A DNA stretch of 64,000 nucleotides from positions 1 to 64,000 of the forward strand of contig JBFGZE010000007.1 of the NCBI GenBank assembly GCA_041586955.1. The letters are read 5' to 3'. The notes beneath the pieces were generated by a model. The model did no database searches. It had not been told where the DNA came from and saw nothing but the letters and a program-made list of their open reading frames with translations. Position 1 is the first letter of the stretch, and each line of letters starts with the position of its first letter. Source of the stretch: Bacteriovoracaceae bacterium. Its GTDB lineage: Bacteria; Bdellovibrionota; Bacteriovoracia; Bacteriovoracales; Bacteriovoracaceae. Both the position numbers and the translations under genes were made by a program. Shown here one piece after another: positions 21,950 to 31,219 of the stretch.

Positions 21950-23224
21950 ATGAGGCGAATGAGTACTCTCTTAAAAATTACTGCTTTGCTATGTACTGTA
22001 GTGGTAATTTCTGAAATGCAAGCTGCTTACAACGTTGTAGACCGGTTTAAGTTAGTTGAAGATAAACTTTATACCCACGAAATGTTAAACCCTTTTGGTC
22101 ACGACTTCATCTTTGATGTCGGGGCCTACCTTAATAAGGACGTCCAAGACGTAATAGATGAAGCTGAAAAGCTCTCTAAAGGATCTGGGACAGTAACAGA
22201 AAAAATTGCTGACGCTGATGCCTTTATGTTGAAGTATAATAAGACAGAGCAAAATGTACGGATTAAACTCAATTTGGGTGTCCCCCTTCCGACTTTTCAT
22301 GTGAAAGGTGTTAAGATTGTTCCAGATTTGAGAATTGGTGCTGGCGTTGGCGTTATGCTCGGTTTCCAATCAGAGGTCTTTGATCTGTCCGCAGTACTTG
22401 AATACCTACCACAGGATTTCCCACAGGCCGGTAAGGACGCAGCAGCAACTTGTGCCGCTGCAGATCTTTCTCCCGGAAATGATATTGTTCAAGAAATGGT
22501 GAACGCCGGTTGTATACCCGCAAACCTTGTAACGAGTTATATCGGTAAATATTTTGTCCCAGCTTCAGGTAGTCCAGTACTTAATGGTTTTGCAAAAGCT
22601 GATTTTAGAGCTGGTCTTCTTTTTAATTATTTTTATCAGGAAAATTGGTTTGGGCATGTTAAGTTTTATGGCCACGGGAAGTTAGATGTAAAGGCCAAGG
22701 TTTCAGGTAATTCATTGGCGCAAAATACAGATGATGTTGTTGATTTTGGTGATGAGATGAATACTACTATTAACCTCGCTTCGGATCTCCAATTTGGTTA
22801 TAAGAACGGAAATCTTAGTGCTAGCGTTGGCATCGAGGAAATTAAACTTTCTCGAATGGCCGATAACGAAGATAAGGGAGTGAAGCTTAACTATGGGGAT
22901 GATCCTTTGATTCGTTTACACGGTAAATACCGTTATGAGTTCTTGGCCTTTCATGTTGAGCCCTTTGGTGGCCTTCATAAAAGAAGTGGTTATGGAATTA
23001 GCGATGGCATTTATGGCGGAGCGGATGTTGGAGCATTCTTTTGGGGTGATCGCCTTGGTGTCCGTGTACGGGCGATGGCCGATAAGGAGCATATCACTTT
23101 CTCACCTATGGCCAAATTATGGTTTGCTTCGCTTGAATATATGCTGAAGTCGCCAATGTCATCAGAGGTTGATGGGGTTAAGCCGGCCACTATACATAGC
23201 TTAAATTTTCGATTGTTCTTTTAG
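21950..23224 (+). CDS. Outer-membrane beta-barrel protein (possibly TraF-like)
   Basis: Signal peptide, amphipathic beta-strands, terminal Phe (LNFRLFF). Confidence 0.6.
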   Translation: MRRMSTLLKITALLCTVVVISEMQAAYNVVDRFKLVEDKLYTHEMLNPFGHDFIFDVGAYLNKDVQDVIDEAEKLSKGSGTVTEKIADADAFMLKYNKTEQNVRIKLNLGVPLPTFHVKGVKIVPDLRIGAGVGVMLGFQSEVFDLSAVLEYLPQDFPQAGKDAAATCAAADLSPGNDIVQEMVNAGCIPANLVTSYIGKYFVPASGSPVLNGFAKADFRAGLLFNYFYQENWFGHVKFYGHGKLDVKAKVSGNSLAQNTDDVVDFGDEMNTTINLASDLQFGYKNGNLSASVGIEEIKLSRMADNEDKGVKLNYGDDPLIRLHGKYRYEFLAFHVEPFGGLHKRSGYGISDGIYGGADVGAFFWGDRLGVRVRAMADKEHITFSPMAKLWFASLEYMLKSPMSSEVDGVKPATIHSLNFRLFF

Positions 23225-23249
23225 ATTGAATACTCAATAGATATTATAG

Positions 23250-23275
23250 GGCCCTCTTTTGAGGGCCTTTTTTTT
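23250..23275 (+). terminator. Rho-independent terminator
   Basis: ggccctc-tttt-gagggcc followed by T8. Confidence 0.9.
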
Positions 23276-23427
23276 GCTTAAGTCCTTGAAAATAAAAAAT
23301 CTAACCATATCAAAGGGTTTTCCCACTCGCCTCATGCTCCGGTAAATCTTGCATAAATGCTTGAAATTAAACTTCCTAGGCCGTAGGTTGAGCGGATAAT
23401 TAAATACCCTTAAAGGATGAATGACTT

Positions 23428-24717
23428 ATGGCAGTAGTAAATTTTTCTGACCTGGACTTGATGGCCCCTCTTCTTGCTTATACCAAAGAGAATGAATTTG
23501 CCAAACCTACGGGGACCCAAAAACAATCAATTCCCCTGATTTTATCGGGTAAGCATACATTAGTTTTGGCACCTCCAGCTGCGGGAAAAACACTTTCCTA
23601 CGCCCTGCCGCTTTGCCAATTATTGAAAGAAGGTGAAGAACAAGGCCTTTACGAAAATACTGCAATTATTTTATTGCCGACTAAAGAATTGGTGGCGCAA
23701 GTCTATAAAGTGATTAAGGGGATGACTCATTTTGCTAAACTACGAGTGCGTGCTTCCTCTTTACCGATGAAAAGTTTAACGAAAAAAGATATTGATGCTG
23801 CCGATATTTTGATCGCTACTCCTAACAAAATGTCCACTTGGTTTGGCCTGGTTCCCAACCTAAAAGAAAATGTTCGTTTTGTTGTTTTGGATGAATTGGA
23901 TGATCTTCTAACATCAAGTCATTTTAAAGAAACCCAGAAGTGCGTTGCCCAGATGCCTCTTAGCCGTGTTCAAGTTATCGGTTCATCTGCGACCTGGGAA
24001 GGGCAAATGGACGAGAAACTAGGGACAGTCCTTCCCGGTATTAAACCTGCCAAAGTGGTTATGGACGGTGCCAATTGTGTTCCTATCAAGGTCGAAACTT
24101 ATAATATTTATTGTCATGCTGGTGAAAAATTAAAATTATCAGATGCCCTCATTAAAGAGCGTTTATCAGGCCCTGGAATTATTTTTGCCAATCGTAAAAG
24201 TCAGGTAAAAGAAATTTATGAGACTCTTAAAAAAGATTTCCCACGGCTCAGGGTTAACCAAATTCACGGGGACTTAGAATTTAAAGAGCGTAAAAAAGTA
24301 ATGACAAATTTTCGCGATGAGGGCGGGATTCTCGTGGGTAGTGATGTCGTAGCACGCGGTATAGACATTAAGGGCCTCAATTGGATCATTAATTACGATA
24401 TGCCTTTTGAAGCAGAGTTTTATATCCACCGTTCTGGGCGCGTTGGCCGTCATGGAAGTAAAGGTATGGTTGTCAATTTAGTAGAACAACGGGATATGGC
24501 GATTATTAAGCGCATTAACCAAGCGATTGAGCAACAATCTATTTTAAAAATTGATCCTGTTAAAGTTCGCGAATTGAGTGACAAAAAGAAGTCAGCTACT
24601 AAAAAGGCAGCGGTCAAAAAAACAACAAAAGTCGAGAAAAAGTCAGGATATGGTGCTCTTAAAAAATCAACGAAAATGAAAAGAGTGAAGGGCACTCCTC
24701 GCTTTAAACGCCGTTAA
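23428..24717 (+). CDS. DEAD-box RNA helicase (variant DELD)
   Basis: Q motif, AGKT, PTKEL, TP, DELD, SAT, ARGID, HRSGRVGR, basic tail. Confidence 0.92.
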   Translation: MAVVNFSDLDLMAPLLAYTKENEFAKPTGTQKQSIPLILSGKHTLVLAPPAAGKTLSYALPLCQLLKEGEEQGLYENTAIILLPTKELVAQVYKVIKGMTHFAKLRVRASSLPMKSLTKKDIDAADILIATPNKMSTWFGLVPNLKENVRFVVLDELDDLLTSSHFKETQKCVAQMPLSRVQVIGSSATWEGQMDEKLGTVLPGIKPAKVVMDGANCVPIKVETYNIYCHAGEKLKLSDALIKERLSGPGIIFANRKSQVKEIYETLKKDFPRLRVNQIHGDLEFKERKKVMTNFRDEGGILVGSDVVARGIDIKGLNWIINYDMPFEAEFYIHRSGRVGRHGSKGMVVNLVEQRDMAIIKRINQAIEQQSILKIDPVKVRELSDKKKSATKKAAVKKTTKVEKKSGYGALKKSTKMKRVKGTPRFKRR

Positions 24718-24752
24718 TTTGAAATCCTGGCCTATGATGGTAAAATGAATTG

Positions 24753-25148
24753 ATGAAAAATGTTATTTTCCTAGGCCTTCTTTTTTCTTTATGTTTTTCC
24801 TGTTCCAAAGAGGAAAAAGTCTATTCCCCTATCGAGTTATGGAATATGGCGGTTGCATTTGACCCTAAGGTTGAATTAGTTCCTATTCCTAATCACGAAG
24901 CTCATAGACGAGTCGTTTGTTCTCAGTATGGTGCTGGCTGTATCAAAGGCAGTGGAAAGCGGGTTTTAGTACGCAAGGTAGAATTAATTGTCATCCAGTT
25001 TAATACAGAGGAAGATGCTAAAAAAGAGGCGGCCCGTTTGGGACAATGGTACGCCCGCAATTGGCTCCTCGATGATGTTCATAATGAGCCGGTTTTAGAA
25101 GACTTTGTCGTGCGCGCCTTTAAGGCAAAAAAAGGCCAGGCGCTTTAA
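24753..25148 (+). CDS. Hypothetical lipoprotein
   Basis: Lipobox-like LCFSC after hydrophobic signal. Confidence 0.7.
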   Translation: MKNVIFLGLLFSLCFSCSKEEKVYSPIELWNMAVAFDPKVELVPIPNHEAHRRVVCSQYGAGCIKGSGKRVLVRKVELIVIQFNTEEDAKKEAARLGQWYARNWLLDDVHNEPVLEDFVVRAFKAKKGQAL

Positions 25149-25536
25149 GAAACTTTCCCTTAAAAAGTTCAATTTTATTTTCCCAATTCAAAAATAAGCT
25201 TTCATGATCTGGATACTTCTGGCGTCCTTCACTAAGGGATTCTTTGAAGAGTAAGACCCAACGCCCTAATTCTCCGACTTTCATATGCAATCGTTTATGG
25301 ACACCTATGAGATCAAAAGGCCTTTGCCCAGGTGTCAATGGCCGACCTAATAATTGCATGTACCAGAAAGACTTAATTCGAGGCAGGTGTGATTCAAAGG
25401 CAGTAAGAGGGGGAAGAAGTGGATCTTCTCCTTCCCATTCTTGGATTTTTCTAAATTGGTAACCAATTAAGAAATCAGTTGTTGCCTTGCCATAGAAGTG
25501 ATCGATGACATAGTCGATGACCAGCTCTTTTTTCAT
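25120..25536 (-). CDS. Group III truncated (2/2) hemoglobin
   Basis: VIDHFY.KA..D.LIG..F, HLPRIKSFW, proximal His (VH), RWV.LF; start re-assigned to MKKELV just after dksA stop. Confidence 0.75.
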   Translation of the reverse strand: MKKELVIDYVIDHFYGKATTDFLIGYQFRKIQEWEGEDPLLPPLTAFESHLPRIKSFWYMQLLGRPLTPGQRPFDLIGVHKRLHMKVGELGRWVLLFKESLSEGRQKYPDHESLFLNWENKIELFKGKFLKAPGLFLP

Positions 25537-25537
25537 T

Positions 25538-25987
25538 TTAACGAGAGGCCATTTCCTGAAGGGAAGTGCCCAGAGACTTCGATTGCCTCTGCTTAAAATT
25601 ATTTTTTTCAGAATGTTCAGACTCTTCTTTACAGCCAATACAAAGCTCTGCTGTTGGTCTTGCCTTTAAACGTTCAAAGGAGATTTCAAGACCGCATTCA
25701 GAACAAAGGCCGAACTCGGGGTCGTTCACGCGTTGAATGGTTTTATTGAGTTTGCGCAAATAAAAGCTTTCTCTATTCTTGACGCGAATATCGTGTGAGG
25801 CCTGCATATTCGCAGATGCTTCATCCACTGGATCACTTAACTCATTGCGATCAATAAGGTACTTTTGCCTTTCTTCGTCTTTTTGAGCAGTTTCCAAAAT
25901 TCGTTCTCTTTCAGCGATTAACTTTTCCCGGATTGTGTTAATTTGCTGCAAACTTAAAAACTCGTGCTTATTTTTTGTGCATTCCAT
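25538..25987 (-). CDS. dksA: DksA/TraR family RNA-polymerase-binding factor
   Basis: DPVDEA coiled-coil tip; CSEC...RLKARPTAELCIGCKE zinc finger; GGAG before ATG 25987. Confidence 0.88.
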   Translation of the reverse strand: MECTKNKHEFLSLQQINTIREKLIAERERILETAQKDEERQKYLIDRNELSDPVDEASANMQASHDIRVKNRESFYLRKLNKTIQRVNDPEFGLCSECGLEISFERLKARPTAELCIGCKEESEHSEKNNFKQRQSKSLGTSLQEMASR

Positions 25988-26138
25988 AGCGATAGCTCCC
26001 AGTAAGAAAGTTCCCATCTTCTAAAGCTCAAAGGCGCTTATTCAAAGTCGGAAGAATTGGTCTAGGGTATTTAATGGCAAAAACTTACTTAAAAGTAGTG
26101 GCCATCGTAAATAAAAGCTTTCTAACAAAAATTGACAT

Positions 26139-26498
26139 CTAAGCTGGGGCATTGGGCGTCAATGGGCTTTCGCACTGCGGGCAAAGCGCCCAAAATTGCT
26201 GGTCCCAATCACTCTGACAATTAATACAAGTGCCAAAATTTTTGAGGTCATTAAAACCTTCTTCCCCTAGTAAAAAGAGATTTTGGCGCATTGCTTTTAT
26301 AGTGGAAGGGTGGGCGTAATAAACACCTGGTGAAACTCTACTGGCCTTAAATTTTGCGGTGGAAATATTTTTGTCGGGCAGAATTTGCACTTTGACGCTT
26401 TCCTCGTGAGGAGCGAGAAGGGGAGAAAGCGCGGCGTTCTTTAAACCTTTTATTTGCTTGAATTGATTTAATAAATAATTCTTGGCCTCTTTATCCAT
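26139..26498 (-). CDS. Hypothetical protein with C-terminal zinc ribbon
   Basis: CINC...CPQC. Confidence 0.65.
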   Translation of the reverse strand: MDKEAKNYLLNQFKQIKGLKNAALSPLLAPHEESVKVQILPDKNISTAKFKASRVSPGVYYAHPSTIKAMRQNLFLLGEEGFNDLKNFGTCINCQSDWDQQFWALCPQCESPLTPNAPA

Positions 26499-26548
26499 GA
26501 CACCACCCTTTTCTTTATTATAAAGCGGCCGGAGATAGAAAGAAAGAA

Positions 26549-27088
26549 TTAGGGGTTAAAACGTTTGAGCATCATATCAATTAATTGCTGCAAGGCCTTC
26601 TTATGAGGATTTTGAAATAGGGTAAAGCGCGGTCGTAGAGCAACAAGATCGGCCTTAAAAAAGATTGCTTGTGGCCCTAATTGATCGATAAGGCGGAGCA
26701 ACCATTCATGCACTTCATCACCAATATCCTGGCGTAAGAGGCTTTGAAAGGTTTGCAAAAGATCTAGATCAAAGCGTTTTCCATCACGGGTATAAGGGGC
26801 AATAATTTGATTTTGTAAGGCCTGAAGAGCAAAGACCAACTCATCATTATCATGGAGAGTGGGAAAAAGCTCTAATAATGGAGTGAGAAAAATATCCGGG
26901 TAGGCCGGGCCATAGGAGAGAAGACAGAGAATTTGATCAAGAGGAGGGCCGTCATCCTGCATTTTTCTCTCTGTCAAAATATTGGCCAATTCTATGGCAA
27001 AGTCCCTTGTAAAATGGGCATTGGGCCTTTTTCCCTGGCGCATGCTTTCCAATATTTCGGTAAATATGAGGTTAATTTTGGTTTTCAT
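26549..27088 (-). CDS. Hypothetical alpha-helical protein
   Basis: 179-aa ORF filling the space, Leu-rich helical pattern. Confidence 0.6.
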   Translation of the reverse strand: MKTKINLIFTEILESMRQGKRPNAHFTRDFAIELANILTERKMQDDGPPLDQILCLLSYGPAYPDIFLTPLLELFPTLHDNDELVFALQALQNQIIAPYTRDGKRFDLDLLQTFQSLLRQDIGDEVHEWLLRLIDQLGPQAIFFKADLVALRPRFTLFQNPHKKALQQLIDMMLKRFNP

Positions 27089-27162
27089 GACAATTTATCC
27101 ATATCAAATCGAGGACTTTATTTAAAGCCGGAAAGTGGTAAAATAATGGCAGAGGGAAATTT

Positions 27163-27600
27163 ATGGTAAAGGTGCGCGATTTAACTGATAGTCAATTAGC
27201 AAAACAGATTGCTAAGTATGAAGAAATTCTCAAAAAGTTAACAAAGGAAAGGGATCGGCGTAATCCCGAAGATAAAAGTGATCAAACCGATATCGGGGCC
27301 TTCCAATTTAGCCTTGATGACTCTGCCATTATGCCATCAATTCCCGACCCGGCCGGGGCAGACACTCCTGAATCAGAGCAAGAGCAAATACGGGTGACTC
27401 AATTATTAAAATTATCGCGTGCCGAATTAGATGAGTTACAAAACAACAAGAGCAGTGAAAAATCACGCTTAAAAAATAGGCCCAAAATGAAAGTTAGAGA
27501 GAAGACCAAAGTAGGCGCGCGGCCTTTAAAAGAGAACGAAGACCCTGCTAAGGGTAAATTTTCTTTACCGGGTAAAAAGAAAAAGGCCGGAGAGGAGTAA
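27163..27600 (+). CDS. Hypothetical charged protein
   Basis: 145-aa ORF with GAGGG RBS. Confidence 0.6.
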   Translation: MVKVRDLTDSQLAKQIAKYEEILKKLTKERDRRNPEDKSDQTDIGAFQFSLDDSAIMPSIPDPAGADTPESEQEQIRVTQLLKLSRAELDELQNNKSSEKSRLKNRPKMKVREKTKVGARPLKENEDPAKGKFSLPGKKKKAGEE

Positions 27601-27606
27601 GTTTCT

Positions 27607-28083
27607 TTAGGCGCCTTTTTTATTCCGTGACTTTTGATGATACTGATTGGATGCAACTGAGCGGCGACCTTCTTTGCGACTTATAGTGATTTCATAACCA
27701 TTTTCTTGCTCTGCGAGCATCGACACATCTTTAGAATTTTGACCAATTTTCTCAGGGTTACGCCACTTTTGTTTTTGAATCAGGGAAAGGTTGGAGGTAT
27801 CAATTGAGAGGTAGCAATCTCCAATTTGAATAATATCATCGATATAGAGCTTTTGCTGCAGTTCCTTTCTATGATTATTTATAAATGTTCCATTTTTGGA
27901 TTCTAGGTCTTGAATCATGAGAAAGCCGTCTTTTAAGTACAATTGGCAATGTTGACCAGAGCAGCTTGGGTCTGGAAGGGTGACAGAGGCATGTTCTGCC
28001 CGACCAAAGATGACTTTTTCACTGCCAATCTCATGAATCATGATACTTTTTTTAAATCTTACGATAATATTAACTGAATTCAT
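27607..28083 (-). CDS. FHA domain protein
   Basis: FGR...CSGQH...DLESKNGTFIN...DIIQIG. Confidence 0.9.
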   Translation of the reverse strand: MNSVNIIVRFKKSIMIHEIGSEKVIFGRAEHASVTLPDPSCSGQHCQLYLKDGFLMIQDLESKNGTFINNHRKELQQKLYIDDIIQIGDCYLSIDTSNLSLIQKQKWRNPEKIGQNSKDVSMLAEQENGYEITISRKEGRRSVASNQYHQKSRNKKGA

Positions 28084-28204
28084 GATGACCCCTATCTAAT
28101 CATTCAACCAGAAAACCTAAATATTGCAAGAAATTAATGCACGATGTCGCTGTAAATACTTCTTTTTATGGCCATGGGTTTTCTAAATGTGTTAATTCAG
28201 GTCT

Positions 28205-28909
28205 ATGGAACAAAAATCTAATTTAAATTCAATTTATCGTGCAACTGAGGGAGAAGGGATTTTTATTGGCACCCCCCAGGTCTTTGTCCGTTTTCAGGGA
28301 TGCGCAGTTGGTTGCCTCAATTGTGATTCTAAGGACACCTGGGACTTCTCAGCAGGTCATGCCATGACGATGCCCGAAATACTAAAAGAGGTGCAAATAG
28401 AGGCCCTTGAGGGCCGTATTAAGCGCGTTTCCATCACTGGTGGTGATCCTCTCCACCCCAAACTATTGCCCGATGTGATTCGTCTTGCCAAGGAGCTAAA
28501 GGAGCGCCGCTATTTTGTTAATATTGAGGCGGCTGGAACACGAATTGATAACCTTCTTTTTGATTTAGTTGATTATATTAGTATTGATTACAAAACGCCA
28601 TCAACTGGCGTTAAGATGGGCCATCGTGTTTTAAAAAAAATGACTGAGCAATTTGCCGGTAAATTTCAAATTAAGGCGGTGGTTGAAGACAGAATTGACT
28701 TTGAAGCATGTGCCGAACTGTATGATCAATTAGAATTAGAGGGAACGGAAATTCCCTTTTGTTTAACACCTGCCTATAATCTAGGTGAAAAATTTCCTCT
28801 CAAAAGATTTACAGATATCCTTCAGTGGAATGAACATTTAAGTGGTCAATTTCGAGTAATTGGTCAGCAGCATAAATGGGTATTTGGACCTGATCGTAAA
28901 CAAGTGTAG
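28205..28909 (+). CDS. queE: 7-carboxy-7-deazaguanine synthase (radical SAM)
   Basis: EGEG..IG.P..FVRFQGCAVGCLNCDS, SITGGDP, QQHK. Confidence 0.85.
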   Translation: MEQKSNLNSIYRATEGEGIFIGTPQVFVRFQGCAVGCLNCDSKDTWDFSAGHAMTMPEILKEVQIEALEGRIKRVSITGGDPLHPKLLPDVIRLAKELKERRYFVNIEAAGTRIDNLLFDLVDYISIDYKTPSTGVKMGHRVLKKMTEQFAGKFQIKAVVEDRIDFEACAELYDQLELEGTEIPFCLTPAYNLGEKFPLKRFTDILQWNEHLSGQFRVIGQQHKWVFGPDRKQV

Positions 28910-28991
28910 AGTTTGCGATGTCTCTTTGAAAGACTTCGCTACTACTAACGCTTTGATGCCTTAACATTTATTCCTTATCTAGGAGTTCATT

Positions 28992-30515
28992 ATGGCCTTC
29001 GATATCATTTCCGTTATGATCGTGCTTGGTTTACTCGTGGTGGTTTTGGTGATCTATGATCTTTGCCAAAAAAAACACGCCATTATCCGTAATTTTCCAA
29101 TTATAGGCCACCTGCGCTACCTTTTAGAAAAAGTGGGGCCAGAATTAAGGCAATATATTGTGACAAGCAATAACGAGGAATTGCCCTTTTCGCGGGATCA
29201 AAGACGCTGGATCTATGCCACGGCCAAAGAAGAGAATGAAAATTTTGGTTTTGGTTCTGACAACGAAATGGAGCGCTCCTCCAATTATATCATCATTAAA
29301 CATTCGGATTTCCCCCATTCTGGTAAGTCCAGAAATGATTGGCCTATCCCCTGTGCCAAAATACTTGGTGGCCATAGGCATAGACGGCACGCCTTTAGAC
29401 CTCAGTCCATTGTGAATGTCTCTGGAATGAGTTTTGGCTCCTTGAGCGGCGCCGCAGTTACCGCCCTCAACCGAGGATCAGAAATGGTCGGTTGTTTACA
29501 GAGTACCGGAGAAGGTGGTGTGTCGATTTATCACGATGAAGGAGGGGACCTTATTTGGAATATTGGCTCCGGTTATTTTGGATGTCGGGATGAAAAGGGG
29601 AAGTTTTCATTGACGCTTTTTAAGGAAACGATTGAGAAGTTTAATATTAAGGCGATCGAAGTTAAACTTAGCCAGGGCGCTAAACCAGGTCTTGGAGGAG
29701 TTTTGCCTGCCAAAAAAGTAACTCGTGAAATTGCCCAGGCCCGCGGCATACCGATGGGACAAGATTGCGTTAGCCCTTCACGTCACTCGGCATTTAGAAA
29801 TGTTGATGAGATGCTCGACTTCGTGGAATTATTGGCAGAGGAAAGTGGACTCCCTGTGGGAATAAAATCGGCGGTTGGTGAACTCAAATTTTGGAAAACG
29901 CTGGCGAGCTTAATGGAGTCTGGAAAAAGAGGAGTTGATTTTATTGTGATTGATGGAGGAGAGGGGGGAACTGGTGCGGCCCCTTTGGTCTTTGCTGACC
30001 ATATTGCTTTGCCATTCAAAATCGCCTTTAGTCAGGTGTATGCCATTTTTGCCAAAAGGAAACTTGTTGATCGTATCGTTTTTGTCGGCTCTGGCAAACT
30101 TGGGTTTTCTGAATCTGCCATTTTAGCATTGGCGCTCGGCTGTGATTTGGTGAGTGTTGGGCGGGAGGCGATGATGGCCGTTGGGTGTATCCAGGCACAG
30201 CGATGCCATACCAATCGTTGCCCGACGGGAGTTGCAACCCAATCAAAATGGCTTACACGAGGACTTGATCCCAGTCTTAAGTCACAAAGACTGGCCAAAT
30301 ATATTATTGCCTTAAGAAAAGAAATTATGCGGGCCACCTGGGCCTGTGGTATAGATCACCCTGGACTATTAGGCCCAGAGAAAATTGCGATATTAGATGG
30401 GCATTTTGGCTCACGTTCAGCGGCAGAGATCTTTCATTATCAAAAGAATTGGGGCCTTCCAGAGGCCCAAGAGAGAATTAAAATTCGTAAAATGATGAAG
30501 GACCTCTATAGCTAA
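28992..30515 (+). CDS. FMN-binding glutamate synthase family protein (YerD-like, N-terminal membrane anchor)
   Basis: MSFGSLS, STGEGG, KLSQGAKPG.GG, DGGEGGTGAAP, CIQAQRCHTNRCPTGVATQ. Confidence 0.92.
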   Translation: MAFDIISVMIVLGLLVVVLVIYDLCQKKHAIIRNFPIIGHLRYLLEKVGPELRQYIVTSNNEELPFSRDQRRWIYATAKEENENFGFGSDNEMERSSNYIIIKHSDFPHSGKSRNDWPIPCAKILGGHRHRRHAFRPQSIVNVSGMSFGSLSGAAVTALNRGSEMVGCLQSTGEGGVSIYHDEGGDLIWNIGSGYFGCRDEKGKFSLTLFKETIEKFNIKAIEVKLSQGAKPGLGGVLPAKKVTREIAQARGIPMGQDCVSPSRHSAFRNVDEMLDFVELLAEESGLPVGIKSAVGELKFWKTLASLMESGKRGVDFIVIDGGEGGTGAAPLVFADHIALPFKIAFSQVYAIFAKRKLVDRIVFVGSGKLGFSESAILALALGCDLVSVGREAMMAVGCIQAQRCHTNRCPTGVATQSKWLTRGLDPSLKSQRLAKYIIALRKEIMRATWACGIDHPGLLGPEKIAILDGHFGSRSAAEIFHYQKNWGLPEAQERIKIRKMMKDLYS

Positions 30516-30622
30516 AGTGCGAGTAATAAGTCTCAATTTTTTGCTTGATTTAGGTCACCGACAAAATTTAAATATAATAATATTAATAAGTATCAGAAAA
30601 CGAGTCATCTAAAGGAGTATGG

Positions 30623-31219
30623 ATGAAACGAGTACTTATTAATTTTAAAATTATTAGTTGCATTCTGGTAGGCCTTATTTCTTCCCACGCGACGGCAAAA
30701 GCTAAAACAAAAAGTAAAACATCGTGGGTCTATTTTGACTTAGGCGATACCGTAATTGATACCAAGGGACCAGAGGGTATCCGCTACTTCAAAGGTGCCA
30801 GGCAATATATTGAAAATCTCCATCAACGGGGTCTCAAGGTTGGACTCATCTCAAATATCCCTGAAACATTTGGAATAGATTATAAGGAAAAATTAAAAAC
30901 CTTAAAAGAATATGTCGCTAAGAATTGGGCCGGAGATAGGTCTTTTGATTGGGGGCAATTTGATGAAATTTTTCTTCCTCTTAATAATTCTGAATTAAAA
31001 CCTGCGGAAATTATGTATGTGAAGGCCATGGCAAGGGCCGATCATTGTCCCATTGCCTATATTTCTGAAAATTTGGCAGAAGTTGAGAAGGCCCAGAGCA
31101 TGGGGATCGCAGGACATTTATTCACTCCGGGAAAGGATGAGTTATACATCCCATTAGAGGCGATCAATGAATTTATAGAGTATCATTATACCAATGAAGT
31201 GCCCGATGATTGTTTATAA
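30623..31219 (+). CDS. Secreted HAD-superfamily hydrolase
   Basis: Signal peptide; motif I FDLGDT, motif II ISN, motif III KP. Confidence 0.75.
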   Translation: MKRVLINFKIISCILVGLISSHATAKAKTKSKTSWVYFDLGDTVIDTKGPEGIRYFKGARQYIENLHQRGLKVGLISNIPETFGIDYKEKLKTLKEYVAKNWAGDRSFDWGQFDEIFLPLNNSELKPAEIMYVKAMARADHCPIAYISENLAEVEKAQSMGIAGHLFTPGKDELYIPLEAINEFIEYHYTNEVPDDCL

